From the NCBI GenBank assembly GCA_002633005.1, contig NMRA01000162.1, positions 161,335 through 225,334 on the forward strand: DNA of 64,000 nt. Direction: 5' to 3'. The translations under genes and the position numbers were made by a program. The notes beneath the pieces were generated by a model. The model was not told where the DNA came from. It made no database searches and saw only the letters and a list, made by a program, of their open reading frames with translations. How positions within the stretch are numbered: position 1 is the stretch's first letter; every line of letters starts with the position of its first letter. Of the stretch, positions 1 through 11,204 are shown piece after piece. The stretch is from Phoronis australis (Eukaryota; Animalia; Phoronida).

Positions 1-1935
1 AATCCTGGTGGTTCAATTGTATGTAATGTCTCACACCTTTCCAAACAGTGATAGTGAAAATTTCTATAACCAGATAAACCATTCTGAACATTCACATTGA
101 GTAAAATATCTAAGTGTTTTGTCCTCAGTTTTGACAGCTGGCTGCTTACCCTTTTAAGGAAACAGTTTGACTAGAATGAACACAAAACTCAAAATTGGAG
201 AAGTTATTTTATTTCACTGCTCACGTACACTATTTTGTGACTTTTCTTCCAGTAGGTCAATAACAATGACAAAATTAAGAGCACTGAAAAAAGTAGCTCA
301 GAGAGCATGAACAATATTATGCAATTTAGTACAAAATTTCAGAATTAACAATTAACAAATGTACACAGTTCAACAATTCAATACTACCTTCAGTGGTTTA
401 AAAAACTTATCACTCATGGTTAAACACCACATTGTGGGAATGTCACAATCTCGCATGAGGTATCAAAAATTCAGCTATCATCAGTGTTCTCCACAACTGA
501 ATACCCAATCATGCAGGAAGCACCCAAACTCTTAACAAGTGTGTCGGAAGCATGCATTCACTTTAATGCACATTTCAAGTGTACAGGCAGTTCAGTTGCA
601 CTGTTGCAGACTGAGTGTACAATTTTCTGCCTTGCTTCAATTTGGCCTTTATTCAGTTCCAAAGGGCTGTGGCAAGTTGTTGGTAAAATCCAATTTAAGA
701 CAGTGAGACACTTAAGGATGACAATACTGTTTTTCCAAACAGGTCACAAATAAATTGCAAAAACTGTCATGGTCGCCACAACATGTTAAAATGGGCCATG
801 GAAAACACTGATCATAATGTCGTAACTTTCATAACAGTAACAGAGCATTGAAAGCACATGAAATACTCAACTGGCCAAAGAGGACAGGTTGTCAGATGTG
901 GTGCACCACATGTGTGCAAGAGTCATGTAAAGGGGGTGTATTGCACAAAATGCCCAAGCGATAAACACTCCCACTGGACATACTGGGGTACCCATATGGT
1001 CCGTGATGTGCCTGTGTCAACCTAGGTTGCCATTCCCTATTAAAATAAAACTCATGCATCTAATACACAATCTATCAAGACAGGTTTTGAACCTTTTGGT
1101 TTGATCATGTAGGGAGAGTACTTGTTTTGTCTACAAGAGTTATCAGATACCCATTAGGTTGCTGACTGGGCATTCCTCCATTTGGTTAAATTCATCCAGC
1201 AGCTCCAGTAAGCTATCAGAATAGCAACTTCAGCTACAGTGCAAGCCAAAGGTATTCAGACAAAATGACCCAGAATTCCCTGTCATGATGGCAGGGTGGA
1301 AGATTAATTCATCATTAGAGTAGTCTTCCTTCTTGACCAAGAATGAAGGGAAATCAACATGCTAGACTGTAAGGTGGCTATTAGCCTTTCTGTAGTGAGA
1401 CTTCTGCCAACCTGATGGTTATTACAAGTCGTTTACAGAATTAGCTGTCATGATGGGATGTTGTGTCTGATTACCCCGTCTTGTACTGCACATGATGCAC
1501 AACGCTCGTGTCTAGTTTTTGCTCTAAAATTATCACCTGAAACATCACCAACTTCGCTATCTTACGGTTATGCATATGTCAGCAATTTACAATCGCATAT
1601 TAATGAGCAGACAGAAGAAACCAGTTCACCAGTCAGAGGGTCAAGGCGTAAATATACGGTATCACTTTGACTACATGACAGGCTTCTTAAAGCTTGGTCA
1701 AATGTTTACACACTTTCAAAATCGAACATACTTAAATTTTTGGAAGGGATTACTCTAAAGCAAAATTCCTGATCTCCTTTTCCAAGAAAGCAAGGAGCCA
1801 ACAAATTTGCTTAATAATTTCCCTTCAAATTTGTCCAATTTCCTAATGTAAAACAAATGCAGATTAGAAAAAATGCTGCAAGGTCTTATTAAGAAACCCT
1901 GTTTTGAAGTACTTAACAAAAGAAAGACGTCGCGT

Positions 1936-2735
1936 TTAGAGTTCCACATTGGATTCCTTGGCCTTCTGTCTCTCATATATGTGGGCATCTATTTTATCAA
2001 TGAGTCCGTGCCACTGGTTGTAGGCTAACAAGGCAACATTTTTGGCAGCAATCACTTCCATCTCCATTGCAGACGCAGCAAACTCTATACTATTCAAACA
2101 GTAGAGATGGTTATGTAAGATGAAACTAGACAATTTCTCAGGTGAGGAATACTTTGGATAGGCCAACCAATCCACAACCTGCATTTCGTCGACGGAAATG
2201 AACAATTCGTCGATCTCTTCTTTCGTGAGAGGAACATGGGAGAAAACTTTATAAATTGATGACAGGTGTTGATCTGATACGACCCTGTCAACTGGATAGT
2301 GAAGTCCAATGCTATTGAAGAACACGTCTGAATTTGTAGTGAGGATGTCAGTGGGAAATGTTTTGATGGATGTGTATCCAAATTTTTTCACATTCGGTGT
2401 GCCTTTAACAAATGTGGCCACGGTGCGTTGGTATTCACGAGGTTCCATCTGAACACCTGGCTCCGGGAAATTCTTGAACGCAATGCCATTAGGTCCCTTT
2501 ACAAATGGACAAGCGATGACTACCAGATCGTAAACAGCGCTGGACTTTTCACCTGTTGCTGTGACATACTCCACTCGATACGTAACGTCCCCGCTGGAAG
2601 ACTTCTGGTGAGTGACCGTGGTAACCTCAGCATGGTGTACCTGGTCTGCGTGTTTCGACAATTTGAGGGGCACCATTTTATTCCCACCATGCACAGCCCA
2701 CAAGCCAGGCTCAATACCAGCTAACGATATAGCAC
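1936..2735 (-). CDS. PCYOX1: Prenylcysteine oxidase 1-like, exon 6 (last)
   Basis: Acceptor tgcag|GT; reads GAISLAGIEPGLWAVHGGNK...YQRTVATFVKG...DWLAYPKY...LYCLNSIEFAASAMEMEVIAAKNVALLAY, matching the prenylcysteine lyase domain; TAA at 1936-1938; ends in KDEL-like NVEL. Spliced CDS of 1506 nt gives 501 aa. Confidence 0.95.
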
Positions 2736-3733
2736 CTGCAAATCAATTTAATCATTAGACACGAGATTACCAAAGATTACACTCAAATTCTCTAATTTGG
2801 GCAGTGAAAATTTCATTATTTTGCTCGCAGTGGGAGCACAATACCAAGTTTCAGAAATAAGCAATATCATATAAACTGTCATTAGTTCAAGAACTATTCA
2901 CTTGCATGTTACGCACTATGAGGATGTGTGAACATGTGTCAGAGGCTATTTCTGACTATGTTACAAACTGCTTAGTATTCAAACAGTTGGTACAAAACGC
3001 AGCGTCCTGATATTTGAAAAATACGATGAACACCAAAATCACCCATACACCAAAATACAGAATCAAGAAAATTCCATTTCAGCTTAAATTTAGTTGTCCC
3101 AAATTCTAAAGACAGTCCCAAACGGAAGAACTTCTGCCGCATGGTAGCACATTTCCGATATAACTGAAATACGTCACTTGACAACAATGACATTTTTGCG
3201 AGGTAAATGAACAGTGCGTTCACCGAACAATCAAACACCTCGACATTTGCTTTACCAATGATAGTCAAACCCACAGCTCCATGCTGTCTTAAACTATGTA
3301 AATTTCCAGAAAGTTCATCTAAATATGAACCTATCTGGAATGCCAAGTCCAAAGATTAGTAGTAATGAGGAGAAACAAAAATCCAGATAAAAAGAACTGG
3401 CTGACCAATTTGTGTCAACTCGTGAATAGCCATATTTGCAGTTACATTTTGAACCGTTCATAAGAATCATATAGCCCCGGCATGCGTTCAGATAGTGATC
3501 AAAATGCAAATTTCACCAGCTTGTAAATTTTAACATCTTGGCTGAATTTTGCTGTCTGTCTCCCACATGACAGTGAAACACCTGCTTAAAATGAAAGCAG
3601 ATAAATTTTTACTTGTACGTTTTGTATCCATCATACCAACCGGATAAACAGCTGGCAATTTTACTGAGCTGCTTGAACAATAGTTCACTGGGCATGCCCG
3701 ATTACTTTATTTAACCACTGAAATAACCCTGTT

Positions 3734-3961
3734 CAGGGTTTGGAATGACCAATGACAAAAAAGAGTAAAATTTTCCAGGTGATGTATCGTTCCACAAATA
3801 AAAAGGCTTGTGTGACAGAAATATTTTTGTGTTGTAAGATTTAACTGAAACAAAATAATGTTTTTGCATGAATACAGTCAAAATAATGATAAGAGACGAA
3901 AAAAGAGGAAACAGGAAATCAAATAGGAAATCCTCTTGAAACCGGAAAATTGCAAACCCTG
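3734..3961 (+). mobile_element. MITE family A (CAGGG termini, hAT-like), copy 1
   Basis: TIRs CAGGGTTTGGAAT / ATTGCAAACCCTG; flanks CCTGTT / CCTGTC; homologous to 14997-15228 and 30373-30638. Confidence 0.85.
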
Positions 3962-4026
3962 CCTGTCATCGAGCAATAAATTAAACAATATTTCACAGTA
4001 AATGCTTACAACTTTCAAATACTAAC

Positions 4027-4238
4027 CAACAAAAGTGTGACTGCTATTTGTTGTTTGGCCGTAGTTTACTCGCATGGCGGCTGTGGCCAATTCGTCGACA
4101 AACCTCTCGGAGAAACCCTCGGAGAGTAAATAGGAACGCAGCTTCTGACGTGTCATGTTGATGAATCTTGGTGACATAGACTCGAGTAATGCCTCCACAT
4201 CAGTAAATGCCTGACCATCATGTTGGTGTTGGTATATC
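4027..4238 (-). CDS. PCYOX1: Prenylcysteine oxidase 1-like, exon 5
   Basis: ag|G...G|gttagt; reads IYQHQHDGQAFTDVEALLESM...AAMRVNYGQTTNSSHTFVG with the conserved RVNYGQ motif; phases fit both neighbours. Confidence 0.93.
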
Positions 4239-4491
4239 CTATGGAAGTGTATGTCAAAAAATCCGTTCTACAGTCACTATTTGTTTTTGACTGATATGGT
4301 ACCTAATTAGCCAACTGAGTCCTTATTTTTATTTTTAATTCATTTTTCCCATTAGGAATACAGCTACCTTGAAAACAGCAGTTATGTCTTGCGTATTAAT
4401 ATTTACATCTCGTGAAACTTACATGTGAAGTAACAGGATACCTGTGTTACTAAGGATCAAATTTCTTAATAAAATAACTCAAAAAGTATTC

Positions 4492-4758
4492 AGTAGACCC
4501 ATAAAACTCTATATTCTTAAAATCCTTGACGATCACAGAATACTATTATTAACACTAAAGTGTTGCCCAGATGTTCATAACAACACATTAGCGTTCTGAG
4601 AAAAAACATGTTTGCGGAAAATTCAATCTCCACAAAAAATATTTTTTAGAAAAGACACAATCGCGTGATTATAAATACCTGGGCACTGTTTTTATGCGCA
4701 CAAGATTTTTTGTTGTCATCATGGATTTAAAAATTAATGAAGTTTTATGGGTGTACTA
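4492..4758. mobile_element. Fold-back MITE-like element
   Basis: Imperfect inverted arms of about 50 bp: AGTAGACCCATAAAACT... / ...AGTTTTATGGGTGTACT. Confidence 0.65.
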
Positions 4759-5062
4759 CTAATACTTTAATTTAAAAGTAAAATAACAACCTTAGGGCAT
4801 CTTCTAATATCTTAACATTTATACAAACAGCGCCTGAAAATTGCACACTGTCACTCTGTAATATCTGAACACTTTTCACCCTCAAACACATCTGTAAACG
4901 GAAAACCCCACAAGAAATCTAAGAAAATGACCCGGAATTGTGCGTCATGACAACTGAGCACAAGCCGAACTTCCACCATGACAGATGATTGTAAGTGGAT
5001 TTCACGCATCCTAACGAGGGTTAACGGAATTTTGTTGGATTACTTTTTAGTGAGCACCGCAC

Positions 5063-5237
5063 CTTTCGAAGTCTTTTAGCATGTTCTTCACAAGCTTGCC
5101 GATGCGTATGACATCATAGCCATATCTCCAGAACAGTTTGAGCCCAGTAACGATGTCCCATTCACTGCCTACGAACACTAATTCCTTCCCATCGTAGAAC
5201 GAGATCTTGCCATCATGGCTTGCTCTTGGCTGGAGAC
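5063..5237 (-). CDS. PCYOX1: Prenylcysteine oxidase 1-like, exon 4
   Basis: cag|GT...AG|gtgcgg; reads GLQPRASHDGKISFYDGKELVFVGSEWDIVTGLKLFWRYGYDVIRIGKLVKNMLKDFER with the conserved WRYG. Confidence 0.93.
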
Positions 5238-6158
5238 CTGTGGAATCCATTAAAACAAATTACATCACCGTATCTCAGAAAATTCAAGTATAGAATAGAC
5301 ATGACATACACTCACTTTGCAACTGTAATAAAACAGTTGTCTGTGCAGTGTAAGAACTTCTTTGCTTTTCAGACATCGACGCGTCATGGAACAGACTTCT
5401 TCCCAACTGGCTGAATTTAATTATGGCAACCGACAGCTGGAGGCCAGTAACACATATGGCCATGCTGCAAAAAGTCACAAGAGCTACGCTCCTGTGTTGT
5501 TGAACCAAGTTTACAGGCAGAATGATACATCAGCCCTGGTTACATACGCCTTAGTTGCTGTCACGGGGATGGTCTGGGGAAGGGATTAATGTACCAGCAT
5601 ATCCACATGATGCTGTCTGTCACAGGTATTACAGGGCATTATTTAGACACTGAAAAGAATGGCCAGTTGTAGACACCAGCAGTGTACACAGGGAGAAATG
5701 CCACAAAGCGTGATAATCAAAAACAGCCACGAAACTGGAGTTTACTAAATTAAATTTAGGTGACGCAGTAATATGCATCTATTTTTATAACAGCCACTTC
5801 ACAAAATTTTACAGTGCACATTCTGATTCTGCGGTATTTACCCACAATGCCATGCATTCAGGGGGCACTTGGCCTACAGCTTTACACTCATTTTGCTAGT
5901 GTGCAAAACACCATAAGTTAGTACGGCATTAGTGATGCTGGTATGAATAAAGTTCCACTGGAGGTGTACAGAGAATTGCAATGCAGATGACAAAAGAAAA
6001 ATTTGAAAAGATGAGTAATGCACAACATTTCGAAAACTTGGTCAATCATACAATGATTTATTTATTTTTTTGCTACAGTTACTAGGAAATTCATGTTCAG
6101 TTATAACTGAGATCTGATACTTGTCAGTAGGAACAACCTATTGTTAAAATGGACTTAC

Positions 6159-6272
6159 CCATGAGTTTTGTAAGGTTGACCATGTATGCATTGTTTCCAT
6201 GGATGATTGAACCACCAGACTCATATTCCTTGTTGTCAATGGTAACTGTTGCTAAGCGACCACCAACTTGAT
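6159..6272 (-). CDS. PCYOX1: Prenylcysteine oxidase 1-like, exon 3
   Basis: tag|AT...G|gtaagt; reads DQVGGRLATVTIDNKEYESGGSIIHGNNAYMVNLTKLM, containing the GGR motif of FAD oxidases. Confidence 0.93.
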
Positions 6273-6935
6273 CTAGAAGACATCACATTTCTCAAAAAAC
6301 AAGCTCAACACTTAAATCAAGATAATTTAGCTATATCCGTTGCATACTTTCAGATTTACTGGCTGAAATCAAATGATAAGTTTTCAGGTTCAATAAAAAT
6401 GCTGACTTCAGTGAGGGTCTAAAAGAAGATGCCAGTTCGAATTCCTAAAAGCACAACATAAAAACTGCCACAAGGGACTCTGTACGAGCAATCCTCTGCT
6501 TAACAGCAATAATATGGATTCTAATTATCACCACAAAGCTAATAGTTGCCACAAGGTAGCGCAACAATAAGATGAATTCGTTAAATGTTGTTCTACGCTT
6601 GATTGCCCAGTGTTCCCACAAAATATTGAAGCAAAGCACCGAGAATTGTTTGAAAAATTATAAGCCAGGACTAAAAAACTTGAGCCCTGTTTGGAAAGCT
6701 TCCAGACATGATTACAAATGTGTATGGTTAAACAGCCCAATTTTTTTCTGTTCTCTTCTGAAACAATGGCACAGTCATTGAATACGTTTATTCCATTGTT
6801 CTAACTTGATTATCTGTTAAATTTCATGGACATCCATCAAGGAACTTGGTAAAACAAACATTTGTCACAGGGTGACCAAATTGTCCCCCGCCACCTCGGG
6901 ATGCGCTCAGTTTTAAGGTTATATCAAATGCTTAC

Positions 6936-7028
6936 CTCTCTCAAATAAATCTATGACAGAGCTCTGTCCAAATAGCTCTCTCAAGAAGTATGCGCAAGAT
7001 GTTCCACCAACACCAGAACCAATGATAC
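6936..7028 (-). CDS. PCYOX1: Prenylcysteine oxidase 1-like, exon 2
   Basis: cag|GT...G|gtaag; reads [31 protein letters not shown], the GxGxxG FAD-binding motif. Confidence 0.93.
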
Positions 7029-7250
7029 CTGAAACAGTATAATAAATTGACTGCTGAGAAGTCATGCACGGATATTTTCACAAATTCAAAGAGTCAAGGT
7101 CGTTGAACTGTCAGGCAAAATTTATCCCCAGTAAAACCATTTTTTGGTCAATAAGCAGTGACACATTTGTACATGCCAGAGAATCAAGGAGAACATTTAG
7201 CTTTCGGTTCCCATAAAAGATATATTTTAATATGACCACATACTAGAACA

Positions 7251-7569
7251 TAAGGCCATGGCCTCATATTTGAGAATATTACATTTTCAATGCTTCCCAA
7301 AATGTATCATTTCACCCACAGGCCGTAGTCTAACATTGCAACACATGCTGAAATGTTTTTTTTTGTGTTTTTCCATTTATTGAATATTTTCTTGGAATAG
7401 CTTCGGTTATCTAAATATTTTTTACATTTGGCAATACTTATAGTGGTAACGGCTGATTTCTGGGAGAAAAAACATCAGAAAAATGACAACTGGCCTTATA
7501 TCCGAAGAAACAGTTTGGCCTTACAGGGGGTGTTGAATTTTTTATTTTGCTAAAAACAGCATGGCCTTA
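7251..7569. mobile_element. MITE-like element (PIF/Harbinger-like termini)
   Basis: TAAGGCCATG ... CATGGCCTTA inverted termini. Confidence 0.55.
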
Positions 7570-8232
7570 GATACGTTTTAGTGCTCAGTGTAGAGTACAT
7601 ACCGCTATAGCTGCTAACCCATGTAGTGCCACGCCATCTATTGAGTAGCATAAACATTGTACTTCTACCAAAAATTGTTTAATAACAAATGCGAAGAAAT
7701 CAACCAAAAACATTTTGGTAAACAGTAAAAACCCTTCTGGCTCTCCGAAAAAATTAGACTTGTTCATCAAATACTTAATTGAAAACTGAAAGTGGCTTGA
7801 CAAATGTTATGATTAAAATTTCATTTGTATTTAATCACTACTTTGTACATGCAGCCAGCAAAACGAGAAATGGCGTCTATAGGAAATTGTAATCAACAAA
7901 TTTGTTAGTAAAGCGACAGGCTTTGACAGCATTCCTCCAAAGTTCCCGAAAATTATCACAAAAAAGCTAGCCTTTTTGTAACATTGGCCCCTATCTAAAA
8001 AAAAAACGATTTGTGAATCAAGTTATGTACTCCTCCTGTGACTGAAGAAAAGTGAAATCGCCAGTTTTAAAAAAGACGATATTCCTTGAAATATTACAGG
8101 TAATAAAATCCTCCCCTCCATATATCAAATTATATAAAGAAAAATTACTGTATAATTGTGACCACTTTATCTGTGTCAAAGAAAACAACGTGCCAAGACA
8201 ACGCCCGAACAGAATGGAGTCAGGTTGCTACT

Positions 8233-8350
8233 GGTATGTCCCACAATTGCTAGGTGTGTCCCATAAATTGCTAGGAGTGTCCCACAAGTATAGGTGTCCC
8301 ACAACTTGCTAGGGCTGTTCTAAAAGTTGCTAGACGTGATCCACAAGGTG
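8233..8350. repeat. Degenerate minisatellite, unit about 21 bp
   Basis: GGTGTGTCCCACAATTGCTA-like units, about 5-6 copies. Confidence 0.75.
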
Positions 8351-9548
8351 CAGTCCTTTTGTTCAATATTTTTTAATGACATTTTTCGTCAACTCTCAAA
8401 TTTATGCATTGCCATTTGTACTCATGACCTCTAAGTTTTCAAATTAATGATTTAAGCGATACGTGTTCAAAATGGTTCAGCAATTTGATTTCCTTGTAAT
8501 GAAATAATAAAAACCTCGGAAAAGTAACACAACTATTACTGTTGTGAACTGCACACAATGACCTAGCTAGCTTGAGGAAACAGAACAATAGATTGAGAAA
8601 TCGGCAAAAAAGAAATTGGCCATAGCAAGCGGTCTATTTCCATTTGTGTCTTGAGGAGTAAGTGTTCCACAAAATATCTTTTACTTATACCTTGAGTGCG
8701 ATGGCTGAAAAGCCAATAGTTTCATGAATTATTATTCCTCCTAAAGTAGCCATTTATTTAATCAGAATAAGACATTTAGAATATACTTATATTTTTAAGG
8801 TTCAAATTTGATTTTTCATGAAAAAAATTGTACTGTATTGATAAAACGTTTTGTGTGTGCCGTCATACTACTTAAGGAGTGACCCCCCCAATTAACACAC
8901 CAGCTGTTGACACTAAATTGCATTTACGTCAAAATTCATGGTGTTATCTCTTAAAAATTGTGTTATCGCCAAAAAGAGTGTGCGTAAAGTTCTTTCAATC
9001 ACAACTCAATTCACAAGATTAAGTTTTTGTTTTGATTAAAAATTTATTTATTTCTTAAACTTCATTGTTTATCTAGGTCAAATAACTGACTAGGATAGGG
9101 GAGAAACTACCAAAGTTTATTCCACAGACAAGGCACAATTAAGATATGAACCAACTGCTCTAAACTTTCAGAATTGGTGCATGAATAAAAAGAGCCTAAT
9201 CGGTATGAGTAATACATTTTTGGAATCACCATGATCACTATGACGAGAGGATTCAGAAAATATTAATATCAAGTATGTACGTTAATGGAGTCCGATTGTA
9301 AATAATAACCTTCACCATTTTTACAAGGTGTTAATTTGCGGCAGCCGATCAAAATGACTTGATAACTGCGAGATACTTTAGGCCTACTTATTCTACCAAA
9401 ATTCTTTCAATGTTTAGTAAGTTATCCGCGAAGTGACCCGAATGAAACGTTCGGAGTGGCCAAACTCCACAGTCGTGTGCAATTGAGAACTAGGTACTGG
9501 TAGTGGTAGCAGGTGTTGAGGAGGCACTCTTCACGCTGGGAATGGTAG

Positions 9549-9549
<1 letters not shown>

Positions 9550-9579
<30 letters not shown>
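9550..9579. repeat. (TA)n microsatellite
   Basis: Direct reading. Confidence 0.95.
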
Positions 9580-9582
<3 letters not shown>

Positions 9583-9817
9583 GCCTCCCTAAATCAATCA
9601 CCTACGGGAAATTTTGGCCTTTACTCTGCTGCTTACGGCGGACTCTGACTGATTGACTAGAGAAGTCGAGCCGCCGTTACGTGCCGTGTCGTGAGCAGCT
9701 GACCCACGTCCCCGGCCGACCCCGAAGGCCGAGGTCCCACTTTCTTTCGGAACACGGAGGAAACAAAGTGAATTTTCCATACTATTCATTTGTTTTAGTT
9801 TCACTTCTAATACATAC

Positions 9818-9929
9818 CTATACTTGGTCCGTTGTGTGCACGCACTGATGTTGCGGCACAAGAATATGTGATGACCGCAGCAACAAACCCCAGCGAAGCG
9901 GGCAACTTGAACTTTGCGAGCAGCGCCAT
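9818..9929 (-). CDS. PCYOX1: Prenylcysteine oxidase 1-like, exon 1 (signal peptide)
   Basis: ATG at 9929; reads MALLAKFKLPASLGFVAAVITYSCAATSVRAHNGPSIG then gtatgt; hydrophobic leader, and the phase-1 donor matches exon 2. Confidence 0.8.
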
Positions 9930-10330
9930 TGATTGAACTGCTGAAGTTAAGCCAGTTTGTTTTCTTCGATTCAACTTCGTATTTGGCCAATGAGGCGTGC
10001 GTTCATGATAGGCCTACTAATGATGGACCCAATGTGTGCCTGTTCAGTGAAAAAATGTGCGGGTTAGAAAAGTGTTCGAACCCGCTGATTTTTGCGCTTG
10101 CAGTGACTTATGAGGGGTCTGCTTCACTGTGTCGCTCCCATGAGGAGAATTTCGCACACTTTGATCACCGTTCAGCCAGACAACTTTTATGATGCCTATT
10201 CAGCTCGCCCTTTATATTCATGTAGATCTGAGCTAATGAAGTGGAAAGGTAATAGCTAGCTGTCTCAACAGTGATGGTTGTTATTACACCCAAATTCTTG
10301 GTTTTCCCTCTGGCATTTGCACTGAGTTAC

Positions 10331-10402
10331 GATGGGCGGCGCACATAGGGGGCTGGGGGGCTATAGCCCCCACTTTTTTCAGTGCTCAGTGCGCCGCCCA
10401 TG
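10331..10402 (+). mobile_element. MITE family C (72 bp)
   Basis: TIR ATGGGCGGCGCAC / GTGCGCCGCCCAT; exact 5-bp TSD GTTAC. Confidence 0.85.
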
Positions 10403-10958
10403 GTTACAGTCTGCAACGTGGAGAGTAGTTCTTGGTACATTTTAAATATTACAAAATGACTAAAAAAGTAATTTGTGTTTATCTTGATGGTTTTATATGT
10501 TTTATTATTTCATTTTTAATACTCCAGTGTTCTTACCGGGAACGGATTGACATGATCTTTTTATTTTATTTTATTTTTAAACTTGAAGTACCAATTAAAA
10601 CAGAGGTAGATTTTAGTCGCCAGAGAAACTTAATTAGTTTAGTTAATTGTGAACCCATTCCTGAACTTTCCAGGATAGACCTACACTACCGGTAAACAGT
10701 TCACATCGAACAAAACATTAGTTCAATTTTAATCCTTATAAGATCTCAAATCATAAAATATATACAAAAGAGCAAATATGGTGATAGCGAACTTAAACTG
10801 AAGATTGGAATCTTTGGACAATTTCGGTTGCACTGACAACATAACTATTCTAGCTTTTTGTCAGTCATAAAAAATGGAAACTGCGCACAACTGTTTCCTA
10901 GTAAAAAATCTGGTTAAACGAGATTAAAGAATATTAAAATAATAATCTATGTGATATT

Positions 10959-11204
10959 CATGCGCGCACCCAGCTTTTAATATGGGTGGGCTCGAATTTC
11001 TAACGATGTGGACCTTTTGCTGACAAAAAAGGCAGCAGGACTGTAAAAAAAAAACGGTGTACCACCTTCAGATCTGTGAACTGTGCTTCTGCACCTTTTT
11101 GGCGGACTTCTTGTCTCGTTTTCTGGGACTTTTTGTTTCTCTGTGGCGGACCTTTATACGCACTTCGCCAAATGGGGGGCTCGAACGCGCCGGGTGTGAG
11201 CATG
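10959..11204 (+). mobile_element. MITE family B, copy 1
   Basis: TIRs CATGCGCGCACCCAG / CCGGGTGTGAGCATG; flanks ATATT / ATATA; second copy at 13603. Confidence 0.8.

Noticed and set aside
2972-3352. 126-aa minus-strand ORF inside PCYOX1 intron 5
   Set aside because: No recognisable motif, and the PCYOX1 exons already join in phase without it.
8233-8350. Short repeats here and at 17175-17240 and 41847-41952 as possible CRISPR-like arrays
   Set aside because: Units are contiguous with no unique spacers, the context is eukaryotic, and there are no cas genes.
9598-10192. 130-aa and 92-aa ORFs over the PCYOX1 5' region
   Set aside because: Alternative frames across a GC-richer promoter and first exon; the signal-peptide frame explains the region.
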